62,620 bases of DNA from an uncultured virus (IMG/VR IMGVR_UViG_3300034418_009100) (lineage: Duplodnaviria; Heunggongvirae; Uroviricota; Caudoviricetes), in the IMG/VR virus record IMGVR_UViG_3300034418_009100; one strand, 5' to 3'. The notes below the pieces were generated by a model, which was not told the origin of the DNA, ran no database searches, and saw only the letters and a program-made list of their open reading frames with translations. Positions 46,488 through 55,763 of the stretch are shown here, in pieces; position 1 is the first letter of the stretch, and each line of letters opens with the position of its first letter. The position numbers and the translations under genes were made by a program.

Positions 46488-48785
46488 ATGCGCTTTAAAG
46501 AAGTAAAAAAAGTATTAAAAGAATTTGGTGGTTATGTGCCTGTCAACGACGCAGAAGCACGTGATCCAAGATTTCAAATGGCCATTAGCCAAGACATCAA
46601 ACCTGGCGAAGTACAGCGACAGGCCAAGAAGATGGGGTGGACGACGGACCCTGCAGGTGTGCCTCCCCTACTAACAACAAAGAACAAATTTGGGCGTGTA
46701 CCTAAGTCTGCTTACAAAGACAGAATCACAGAAAGCAAGATACAGGAAGACGAGGACCTGTTTGAAATTAACATGAGTCCCAGCAACTTAGAAAAACTTG
46801 CTGGCGAAATCAATGCTCGTGCTGGTATGGAATTTGAAATGATTGTGCCAAATGCACAGGACGAAGACAGTGAATACGAGCCCGACTACGACCAAGATCA
46901 GCGCTCACGCAGTTGGTCCGACATCAGAGATTTCTTCTATGACGGTGACTACAACAGCAGTCGCGAAGTCAGCCGACTCATTGAACGTATGCAAGAAGAA
47001 TTCTGGGAGTGGGAGGATGAACAGATTGGCGAAAATTGGCAGGAAGAAGAATATGAAATGGTCAAGGACTGGATCATCAACAATGTCAGCGACGACGACA
47101 TCATGGACGCTGGCTATTACGAAGAAGATGACAGAGAAAAGTTTCAAAGAGACAAGGAATTTTATAACAAAGTCATTGACGACTATGTACAAAACGCTAT
47201 AGACAAAAAGACCAAAGACTGGCAAGAAGCATACGATCTGTATCGTGAAGATCAAATCGGTGACACTGATGAATCAGAATGGTTAGACCTTTACTATCGC
47301 TACATGAGCGATGTCGAAAACAATTTCGAAATAAACTGGCCTTATTGGACAAGTGGAGGTGGTGACACCGACGTTGACACAGTGGCCAGCGATTTTGAAC
47401 TTGCCATTGATAAACCCGTCAAAGCCAGTAGAAGTTATCACGGTGCTCGCAGAGATGACACAAGTTATATTGTAGAACCCGACAGCAGTTTAGACGCAGA
47501 CGACACTAACGACGCAGGATTAGAATTTGTAAGTCCTCCCATGACAGTGGATGAAATGCTTAACGATTTAGCCAAAGTCTACAAGTGGGCCAAGAGTTAC
47601 GGTTGCTATACCAATGAAAGCACAGGCCTGCACATGAACGTCAGTATTCCTGACTTTAGTTTAGAAAAGTTAGACTATATCAAACTGGCACTGTTGGTCG
47701 GTGACGAGTATGTGTTGGATCAATTTGATAGACGTAGTAACACCTATGCTCGCAGTGCTATCAGTAAGATTAAAGAACGTGGCATAAATGATCCTGACAA
47801 AATAAAACAACTGTTTGACCACATGCGCGACAATCTTAACACCATGGCCAGTCAAACCATTCACGGTCCTACCACTGCAAAGTACACCAGCATTAACATA
47901 CACGACAACTATGTAGAGTTTCGTAGTCCTGGTGGCGACTGGTTAGGCCAGGACCTTGATAAACTGAAAAACACAGTATTACGTTTTGTTGTGGCCTTAG
48001 ATGCTGCCTGTAAACCAGACAAGTACAGACAGGACTACTTGAAAAAATTATACAAACTGTTTGAAATTAAGAGTGAAAAAGATCCACTGAGTTATTTTGC
48101 ACAGTTTGTCAAAGGTGAACTGCCTTTCAGCGCACTAAAGAGTTTTATCAAACAGGCACAACTAACTCGCAAAGCAAAAGCCGGCAAGTTAGAGCCCGGT
48201 GTAGACTATGTATGGGAAGTTAGAAAACAAGGATCCAGTGCCCTTATAAATGTAATTGCTCAAACCGAGGAAGAAGCCATTGACAAAGCCACAAGAACAG
48301 ATGGTTATCCAGAATGGCGCGGTGAACCCGGAGTTACAGCCAAAGTGGTACGCAAAGCCTCTAGTGGCACCAAAGATCGTTTCCAGGATATACCTTCGGT
48401 GACAGATCCAAGGCCAGCAGGCGAAGCAGGCAGCATTAAATATGAATTATTCAACAGAGGTTCAGGCATAGTGATGCGTACTTACTGGGCCGCCAACGAT
48501 GACATGGCTTTAGAAATGGGCCGAAGATATCGCGAGGAAGCAGCCGCAGAATTTGACATGGACACTGGCAGTATAGGCCTACGCAGAGCACGTTCACAGC
48601 CTGCACCACGTGGTGGCGATTTTACAGGTACTTGGTTAATTAAAGATGCTAATGGCAGAGTCATACACAGAATCAGCGGTATAGGTAATGCACAAAGCGA
48701 TGCTAACCGTCATGCCATGAACTGGTTAAGACAGAATCCTGACCAAATGCAACAGGGTGTGGAAGTAGTTCCAGAACTAAGGTAA
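46488..48785 (+). CDS. putative amidoligase (COOH-NH2 ligase type 2) with acidic insertion
   Basis: GMEFEM, EPDSSL, GLEFVSPP, STGLHMNVS, KYTSIN and VEFRSPG motifs. Confidence 0.8.
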   Translation: MRFKEVKKVLKEFGGYVPVNDAEARDPRFQMAISQDIKPGEVQRQAKKMGWTTDPAGVPPLLTTKNKFGRVPKSAYKDRITESKIQEDEDLFEINMSPSNLEKLAGEINARAGMEFEMIVPNAQDEDSEYEPDYDQDQRSRSWSDIRDFFYDGDYNSSREVSRLIERMQEEFWEWEDEQIGENWQEEEYEMVKDWIINNVSDDDIMDAGYYEEDDREKFQRDKEFYNKVIDDYVQNAIDKKTKDWQEAYDLYREDQIGDTDESEWLDLYYRYMSDVENNFEINWPYWTSGGGDTDVDTVASDFELAIDKPVKASRSYHGARRDDTSYIVEPDSSLDADDTNDAGLEFVSPPMTVDEMLNDLAKVYKWAKSYGCYTNESTGLHMNVSIPDFSLEKLDYIKLALLVGDEYVLDQFDRRSNTYARSAISKIKERGINDPDKIKQLFDHMRDNLNTMASQTIHGPTTAKYTSINIHDNYVEFRSPGGDWLGQDLDKLKNTVLRFVVALDAACKPDKYRQDYLKKLYKLFEIKSEKDPLSYFAQFVKGELPFSALKSFIKQAQLTRKAKAGKLEPGVDYVWEVRKQGSSALINVIAQTEEEAIDKATRTDGYPEWRGEPGVTAKVVRKASSGTKDRFQDIPSVTDPRPAGEAGSIKYELFNRGSGIVMRTYWAANDDMALEMGRRYREEAAAEFDMDTGSIGLRRARSQPAPRGGDFTGTWLIKDANGRVIHRISGIGNAQSDANRHAMNWLRQNPDQMQQGVEVVPELR

Positions 48786-48787
48786 CG

Positions 48788-49366
48788 ATGAAAATAGTTT
48801 ATATACATGGCGCTACTGCCAGCCATAACAGTTTCGCTTTCATTCAGGAAGTTATCAAAGCAGAAGACTACTTATATATTGATTATCCCCGAACTAAGAC
48901 CGCACAAGAAAATTTAGAAGACATGACAAAACGGATAGGTTCTACAACAGGACCTCTTTTTATTATCTGCCACAGCATGGGCGGACTGTATGCCTTACAC
49001 CTACTGGAACAGTTTCCAAAACGCATCAAGCAAGTGGTCAGCCTTGCTACACCATTTGCAGGCAGTGAGTTAGCTATCTTAGGTAAAGTAATGAACAAAG
49101 ACTATCTACTGTTCAACGACATTATGCCTCATAGCGAATTTGTCAAAACTACCAAGTACATCGAAGTCAAATGTCCTTGGACACAGATTGTTACCACAAT
49201 AGGTGATGTGCCCTGGATGGAGGCACCTAATGATGGCGTAGTGACCAGAAAGTCAATGACTGCTCGCACAGACATCAACTATGTGGAAATCGACGACAAT
49301 CACTACGAAATAGTGCAAAGCGGCAGGGTGGTCAAACTGTTAAAAGAACTAGTACTAAAGTATTAA
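48788..49366 (+). CDS. alpha/beta hydrolase
   Basis: YIHG, CHSMGG, ATPFAGS, NDGVV and NH motifs. Confidence 0.9.
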   Translation: MKIVYIHGATASHNSFAFIQEVIKAEDYLYIDYPRTKTAQENLEDMTKRIGSTTGPLFIICHSMGGLYALHLLEQFPKRIKQVVSLATPFAGSELAILGKVMNKDYLLFNDIMPHSEFVKTTKYIEVKCPWTQIVTTIGDVPWMEAPNDGVVTRKSMTARTDINYVEIDDNHYEIVQSGRVVKLLKELVLKY

Positions 49367-49409
49367 CACCAAAGTAGTACTTGACGTAAATAGTTTTTGA
49401 GCATATAAT
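49351..49409 (+). promoter_or_regulatory. palindrome-linked sigma70 promoter element
   Basis: AGTACTAAAGTATTA...AAAGTAGTAC + TTGACG-17-TATAAT. Confidence 0.8.
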
Positions 49410-49415
49410 CACAGT

Positions 49416-49676
49416 ATGAAAACACTAATTCTACTCACTGCACTGGTTGTTGGTTCTGCTCATGCCCAAGTGGTATATCAAAGCCAACAGTATCAAGAAC
49501 CCAGACTGAGGAATGTGGTACCCAATCCATTTCCTCCCAGTTATTATCAACAGAAAATGCAACAGTATAATTTCCGTCAACCTCCCCGTGTAATTATTGT
49601 TACACCACAACAGACTGTGATTCCTACTGGTCAGGTTTCACCACAGGATCAACAAATCATCAACTTAATCAAATAA
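49416..49676 (+). CDS. small exported Gln/Pro-rich protein, leaderless
   Basis: Signal peptide ending AHA; ATG begins 7 nt after the -10 box. Confidence 0.65.
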   Translation: MKTLILLTALVVGSAHAQVVYQSQQYQEPRLRNVVPNPFPPSYYQQKMQQYNFRQPPRVIIVTPQQTVIPTGQVSPQDQQIINLIK

Positions 49677-49681
49677 TCATC

Positions 49682-50779
49682 ATGGCAACCTTAAGTAAAA
49701 CAAAACAAAAAGAGCTGCGTGTCAAAAACTTTTTGTCACAATATTCCAATCCGTTTGAAATGGAAGATGCTGCAATTGATTTGCGTACGATGGCAACCAA
49801 TTTTCAAAACGGCATTATTGACAATATGAGCATCGCCGATGCCGTTGATGCTATACTGGGTCCTAGTCCTATTCCACGTCTTAGTGTGGATCCAAGGTCA
49901 TTGGGCGTCCCTCAGTTTGCATGGGCACCAATGGAAGATGTTGGTATTGATCCCAGGTTTCAACGAGATGTAGCACCAAACCACGTGCAAAAAATTGAGG
50001 ACGATTTTAAGGCAGACATGATTATTGTGCCTTGTGCAATCAAAGACCCTAACACAGGCAAATATCTGTTATGGGATGGTCACCATACTACTCGTGTTTG
50101 CGTCCGTATGGGTTGGACTCATATTCCTGTTTGGTATACCGAAGCAGAAATTGATGACGAACATAGCCTGGCAGAAGCAGAAAAGATTCTTATCTTAAAA
50201 GCAGGCCGCAGTTTTCTTACAATTAACAAAAAGAACAAGCGTCCAGTCAGCCGTTATGACGAACACATGGTTAGTGTCGAGTGCGGTGAGCCCGAAAGCG
50301 TCACGGTACAGAATATTATTGATGCAAACAACTGCCAAGTCAAACGTGTTAGCAGTAAAGCAGGAGATATCAGTCACATCGAGCACTTGTACGGCAGTTA
50401 CGATTTGGTGCAGGCCAGTTCGGGCATTAAAGGCATTTACCTTGCCCGTAGTCTAAAGTTTCATCGTGCTACTTGGCCCAAAGAAGAAGTCAGAGGTATT
50501 ATGATGTTGGCTATGGCACGACTATATCAACAAACCGAAGTTCAAACTGGTAAATTGTTGCCACAAGACTTTGATTTAGAATTTGGCGCCATACTTAAAA
50601 AGGTATATGGGCAAAGCGAAAAAGTGCATATTCGTATTAAGGAACAGTTTGAAGACCATTTTGGTAGTTTAGGTGCTCACCCGGTTGTAGTTACCAGTGG
50701 GTTGGTTTTAACATACAATAAACATCAAAAGAAAGGCTTTAAGTTGATGCAACCTGAAGCCACTTATCCAGTAAAATGA
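49682..50779 (+). CDS. ParB/Srx-superfamily protein
   Basis: IDPRFQR...YLLWDGHHT...F..IN pattern (DGQHR-like). Confidence 0.7.
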   Translation: MATLSKTKQKELRVKNFLSQYSNPFEMEDAAIDLRTMATNFQNGIIDNMSIADAVDAILGPSPIPRLSVDPRSLGVPQFAWAPMEDVGIDPRFQRDVAPNHVQKIEDDFKADMIIVPCAIKDPNTGKYLLWDGHHTTRVCVRMGWTHIPVWYTEAEIDDEHSLAEAEKILILKAGRSFLTINKKNKRPVSRYDEHMVSVECGEPESVTVQNIIDANNCQVKRVSSKAGDISHIEHLYGSYDLVQASSGIKGIYLARSLKFHRATWPKEEVRGIMMLAMARLYQQTEVQTGKLLPQDFDLEFGAILKKVYGQSEKVHIRIKEQFEDHFGSLGAHPVVVTSGLVLTYNKHQKKGFKLMQPEATYPVK

Positions 50780-51189
50780 GACCATATGGACTTTATATTC
50801 GCAAGTGTCCTGGGGTAGAACACCCCACTGATTTCAAAGTTGGTGTTGCCGCTTTAGATAAAACCAGAACACGACTAGCCGCTTATCAACAAGCAGTCGG
50901 TCCTGTTTGGCAAGAGCAATTTATTTTGTTTTGGACTGGCGAAGATGTTGATGTTAAAGAAGCAGAAACCAAAATTAAACGCCAATTTAAAAATCGGATT
51001 GCTAGTAGTGAAGCAGGTCTGAGTGAATGGATCAGCAATATTGAATTGAAAGAAATTTTGAATTTCATTGACGAATTAGTTAATGAACACTTTATCAAGT
51101 TGACTTTAGTTCCCAGCGAGTTTCTACCTTTGACTATGGATAACGTAGAAGATTTTACTGATTGGACACAAGAAGGTCTAGTATTATAA
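50776..51189 (+). CDS. T5orf172/MUG113-like (GIY-YIG fold) protein
   Basis: GLYI, FKVG, RL..YQ, AE..IK and SEW pattern. Confidence 0.6.
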   Translation: MRPYGLYIRKCPGVEHPTDFKVGVAALDKTRTRLAAYQQAVGPVWQEQFILFWTGEDVDVKEAETKIKRQFKNRIASSEAGLSEWISNIELKEILNFIDELVNEHFIKLTLVPSEFLPLTMDNVEDFTDWTQEGLVL

Positions 51190-51192
51190 AAT

Positions 51193-51819
51193 ATGATTAA
51201 TATAAAAAATAATTTAGTACAGGCTTTCAAATTACTAAAAGAAGTTGTAGATTTTACGGGTATAAATCTAATAGATAATTATAGTTATAGAGAATATACT
51301 GCTATAGACATTCTCAAAGATTATATTCCTAGTGTGCGTAAAACTATAGGAAGAACAGGTGATGACGCAAGTGCGCCTGAAGATGGATATTTTCATATTG
51401 AGCAAAAGTCGGGAACAACTAAAAGTAAAACAATGACAGAAGCCAGTTTCCCTGACATGATGTTTGATAAACAAACCGACCCTGCCAGGCGTGAATACAT
51501 TTACAAATATGATGGGCTTAGTCTCAGTCTTTTTGAACATTATCGACCTTATCCCACTGCGGTAGTGTTTGTGCCCAAAGAACAAGTGCCCAAATTACAC
51601 CCTTTGTTCAAACAAAAGCAAGACATAAAAGTGGCAGACTTTGAGCATAGATTAAATGAGGGGAAAAACATCGGACATGATTCGATTGTAGTTTCTCTTG
51701 GTGAGATTAGGCAATGCGTGGGAGATAATAATTTAATCTGTTGGCTCCATGGGGAAGTAACCAACCCGGTGGATTTTTTTGGTAAGTTGGATCGTAAGGA
51801 AGTAAAACTAAATCAATGA
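51193..51819 (+). CDS. putative PD-(D/E)XK restriction endonuclease
   Basis: YRE...GDDA...IEQKS motif; coupled to the methyltransferase gene. Confidence 0.55.
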   Translation: MINIKNNLVQAFKLLKEVVDFTGINLIDNYSYREYTAIDILKDYIPSVRKTIGRTGDDASAPEDGYFHIEQKSGTTKSKTMTEASFPDMMFDKQTDPARREYIYKYDGLSLSLFEHYRPYPTAVVFVPKEQVPKLHPLFKQKQDIKVADFEHRLNEGKNIGHDSIVVSLGEIRQCVGDNNLICWLHGEVTNPVDFFGKLDRKEVKLNQ

Positions 51820-52667
51820 GCGATTATCAAGTTTACAATCAAGACTGCGTGTCGGGCATGCAACAACATGTCCAAGACGATAGTGTGGATTTAATATTCA
51901 CAGACCCACCGTATGGGATTGACGGTGACGGCCTGGACGTACATTATCACAGAGACGAAAGTAATGTAGTTCCAGGATACATTGATGTTCCATTGAGCCA
52001 ATACGCTAAGTTTAGCCAGGATTGGATTCAAGAATGTGCTAGAGTCTTGAGACCAGGTGGCAGTTTGTACATTGTGTCTGGCTATACCAATCTGCATCAC
52101 GTATTAAACGCATTGCATACAACAGATCTCCAAGAAATTAACCACATCATTGCCAAATACAGTTTTGGTGTTAGTACCAAAAACAAGTTTGTGAGCAGTC
52201 ATTATCATGTACTATTTTGGTCCAAACCAGAAAAAGGTAAGAATAAACGTACATTCAATTCGAATTGGAAATATACTGACCAAAAAGACAGTTATCATGA
52301 TAGACTAACTGTACAGGATATGCCCAGGGACTATAAACCTGGACAAGTCAAAAATAAAAATCAACTCAGTGAAGATTTTATCAAAAAGTTTATTTTGTAT
52401 TCTAGCAATCGTGGTGATACTGTTCTTGACTGCTTTGGTGGCGGACTGACCACTGCTAGAACTGCTTTGAGGTTTGGTAGAAAGTTTATTGGGTTTGAAT
52501 TGAACAAAAATGCCTATGACGCATTTGTACCCACGCTGGACCAAGTTGAGCCAGAATCAGATCCTGTGCCTATTAGTCCAGACCCTACCGAATTGGCTAA
52601 ACGGGAAAAGATGCGTGAAGGTTGGCGTCGAACTAGGCAGGAACGCAAGCAACAATCTGTTGTATAA
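51816..52667 (+). CDS. DNA amino-methyltransferase, beta class (m6A/m4C)
   Basis: IFTDPPY precedes VLDCFGGG; FIGFELN. Confidence 0.93.
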   Translation: MSDYQVYNQDCVSGMQQHVQDDSVDLIFTDPPYGIDGDGLDVHYHRDESNVVPGYIDVPLSQYAKFSQDWIQECARVLRPGGSLYIVSGYTNLHHVLNALHTTDLQEINHIIAKYSFGVSTKNKFVSSHYHVLFWSKPEKGKNKRTFNSNWKYTDQKDSYHDRLTVQDMPRDYKPGQVKNKNQLSEDFIKKFILYSSNRGDTVLDCFGGGLTTARTALRFGRKFIGFELNKNAYDAFVPTLDQVEPESDPVPISPDPTELAKREKMREGWRRTRQERKQQSVV

Positions 52668-52682
52668 AAACAACACTTTTGG

Positions 52683-52760
52683 TAGTACTAAAGTAGTACT
52701 TGACTGAAATTCACCATTTTGCTATAATTATGGCATAGGGTAACAAAACAGGAGTTTGAA
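52683..52760 (+). promoter_or_regulatory. palindrome-linked promoter + RBS element
   Basis: TAGTACTAAAGTAGTAC + TTGACT-17-TATAAT, then TAACAAAACAGGAGTTTGAA-ATG. Confidence 0.85.
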
Positions 52761-52997
52761 ATGAGTGTGAAATCCATTGTTCGTAAAGTTTTAGATTTTA
52801 TCGCAACCAACGACGCAGATATGTCTGACACTAAAAATCAATACTGGAAAAACAAGATTGCAAACTATGCTCGTAGAGTTCGTGCTAACGACATCAACGG
52901 TGTCGTTGCAGAATGGAACACTATGAGCAAAAAAGACTATCAAGAAATGTGTGTGTGGGTTGTGCGTAATCGTGCAATTTGGAATCAAGCAGTTTAA
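52761..52997 (+). CDS. small early protein
   Basis: Directly downstream of the promoter element. Confidence 0.7.
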   Translation: MSVKSIVRKVLDFIATNDADMSDTKNQYWKNKIANYARRVRANDINGVVAEWNTMSKKDYQEMCVWVVRNRAIWNQAV

Positions 52998-53006
52998 GGA
53001 GTGGCA

Positions 53007-53174
53007 ATGATACCAATTACAGTTTTTTTGTTTTTTGTGGTGTTTTTTCTGGCTTGGTCAGCATACTATATGTTCCAAGCACTTGACCTAATCCATGAGT
53101 GCCGAATCGATGTTGCTGTCATGCAGGAGCAAATGCAACAGGCACGTCAAATCGCAGGAGAATATCGTGTTTAA
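53007..53174 (+). CDS. small membrane protein, 55 aa (not in the ORF track)
   Basis: TAAGGAG RBS; N-terminal TM segment. Confidence 0.6.
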   Translation: MIPITVFLFFVVFFLAWSAYYMFQALDLIHECRIDVAVMQEQMQQARQIAGEYRV

Positions 53175-53295
53175 ATTTGTCACAGGATTTGTTTTAGGTG
53201 TTGTGGTTGCCAGTGTGGGATTCGGTGGTATTAGCCGCATCTTGGATAAAGGTGTTTCCGAAATTCAAACCCAAAGCAAGGAATTGGCCAAATAA
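53167..53295 (+). CDS. small membrane peptide
   Basis: AGGAG RBS before GTG; FVLGVVVASVGF. Confidence 0.6.
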   Translation: MFKFVTGFVLGVVVASVGFGGISRILDKGVSEIQTQSKELAK

Positions 53296-53408
53296 TTTTG
53301 GCAAAACTAATTCAAAATATGGTTGACATTAATTCCAATATCAACTATAATTTGAATATGTTAGCACATGACGCTAACATGATTTTCAACTAACTTGGAG
53401 TGTTTTCT

Positions 53409-53726
53409 ATGTCTACTAAACTGTTTTCTGTTGCTGGTGTTTCTACCCAAAAGGGCGAAGTCAAAGTTCGTTTTGCCAACGACATGACTCGTGTTAAAGT
53501 GTTGGCCAAGTCCGGTCACACCGACATTGAGTTGATGGAGTTGCCCAAGGCTATGGACAAGCCGGCAATTGTGTCTTTCTTGAAGACTACGGAGTTGTAT
53601 CAGACTCCGGCATATCAGGCTGCTATCGATGCGGCTGACACTAAGTACAACGGTAGTAACACCGTTAAGGTCTCGGGCGCCAAGGTGCGTTCCTCGCAGG
53701 CAGAAGCAGTTGCCGAAACGGCCTAA
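53409..53726 (+). CDS. conserved phage hypothetical protein
   Basis: Promoter TTGACA(53323)-17-TATAAT; GGAG RBS; VAGVS...KVRFAND motif; terminator at 53742-53772. Confidence 0.75.
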   Translation: MSTKLFSVAGVSTQKGEVKVRFANDMTRVKVLAKSGHTDIELMELPKAMDKPAIVSFLKTTELYQTPAYQAAIDAADTKYNGSNTVKVSGAKVRSSQAEAVAETA

Positions 53727-53817
53727 GTAATAACTGCGTATAAAACGGCGTTTTACATGGCGCCGTTTTTTTGTGGATATAAATACCTTATATCGCAAGT
53801 GTGCGGATTTGGTAACG

Positions 53818-53931
53818 ATGGTGGCTTTGAGTGTTGCACAACAATATTTCATAGTTGGTTTGGCTGTAGGCCTGGGCCTTGGCTTTGGTATCAGTCTTTG
53901 CATTGCGGTAATTAGATGGATGTCGAGGTAA
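53818..53931 (+). CDS. small TM peptide, 37 aa
   Basis: Follows TATAAATA 53778-53785; Gly-rich TM segment. Confidence 0.4.
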   Translation: MVALSVAQQYFIVGLAVGLGLGFGISLCIAVIRWMSR

Positions 53932-53935
53932 CTAT

Positions 53936-54148
53936 ATGGCAGAAACTATCAATCAAACAATGGCTCGCATTAAGAGCCTACAAGAATTCGAAGTGCAAGT
54001 AACTGTACCTGCCGATTTCAAATTTACTGGCCATGTGCCCTATGACATGAACATAGTCAGCGACCAAGCATTCGTAACTGTGGTAGCAGAAAGTTTTGAA
54101 CAGGCACTCAAAAGAGCACATGACTTTTTTGGTATCGAAAATGGTTGA
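53936..54148 (+). CDS. hypothetical protein
   Basis: GAGG RBS; 70 aa. Confidence 0.65.
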   Translation: MAETINQTMARIKSLQEFEVQVTVPADFKFTGHVPYDMNIVSDQAFVTVVAESFEQALKRAHDFFGIENG

Positions 54149-54335
54149 AACCGTATTGACACTAACTGTGATAGCCACTATAATATGGCTATGGGACTTT
54201 AATAAAAAGGTTGGATTTCACAATCTTTGGCATGATCCCCGAATAGGCAAAAGCACTTTTAGTAAATACGATACGGAGGAAGATGACGATGACCGTTGAA
54301 GAATATTGGAAGTGGATTCATAGTAACGTCCAATA

Positions 54336-55391
<1,056 letters not shown>

Positions 55392-55395
<4 letters not shown>

Positions 55396-55416
55396 AGGCT
55401 CTCCGGAGCCTTTTTT
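55392..55416 (+). terminator. tmRNA terminator
   Basis: AAAAAGGCTC-TCCG-GAGCCTTTTTT. Confidence 0.9.
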
Positions 55417-55735
55417 CATTTATAAATATAAGTCCAGGCTGATAATTTTTAACCATGGAAAAAATAAAAGCTCATCTTAAAGCTGCTAATAAATCTTACT
55501 TTTCACACACAAAATTTGCCATTGTAGCAGGTTTTGATTTGATACTCACTGGAATTATTAGCATAATACATGGAATTATTCCTACACTGTTTCCTTTTTA
55601 CGCAGAAAAAAAGATCAATAAGTATTATGAAAAGATTTTAGAATTAAAACGAAATAGAACAAATATTAACAAAACCTAATAGTCTAAATTAGATTATTAG
55701 GAGCCTTTTTTCATTTATAAATATCAGTCCAGGCT
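55405..55735 (+). repeat. 36-bp direct repeat flanking a small gene
   Basis: GGAGCCTTTTTTCATTTATAAATAT(A/C)AGTCCAGGCT at 55405-55440 and 55700-55735. Confidence 0.92.
55455..55679 (+). CDS. small protein, DUF6356-like
   Basis: HL...NKSYFSH..FA...IIHGIIP.LF pattern; AT-rich. Confidence 0.65.
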   Translation: MEKIKAHLKAANKSYFSHTKFAIVAGFDLILTGIISIIHGIIPTLFPFYAEKKINKYYEKILELKRNRTNINKT

Positions 55736-55763
55736 CACAATTTTTTTAATCAAGGCACACATT

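Noticed and set aside
51816..52700. Methyltransferase targeting the AGTACT/GTAC site in the promoter repeat
   Set aside because: Specificity cannot be read from the sequence; the only support is proximity.
53361..53903. 180-aa minus-strand ORF and other nested or antisense ORFs in the track
   Set aside because: They overlap better-supported genes that have promoters and RBSs, and they show no recognisable motifs.
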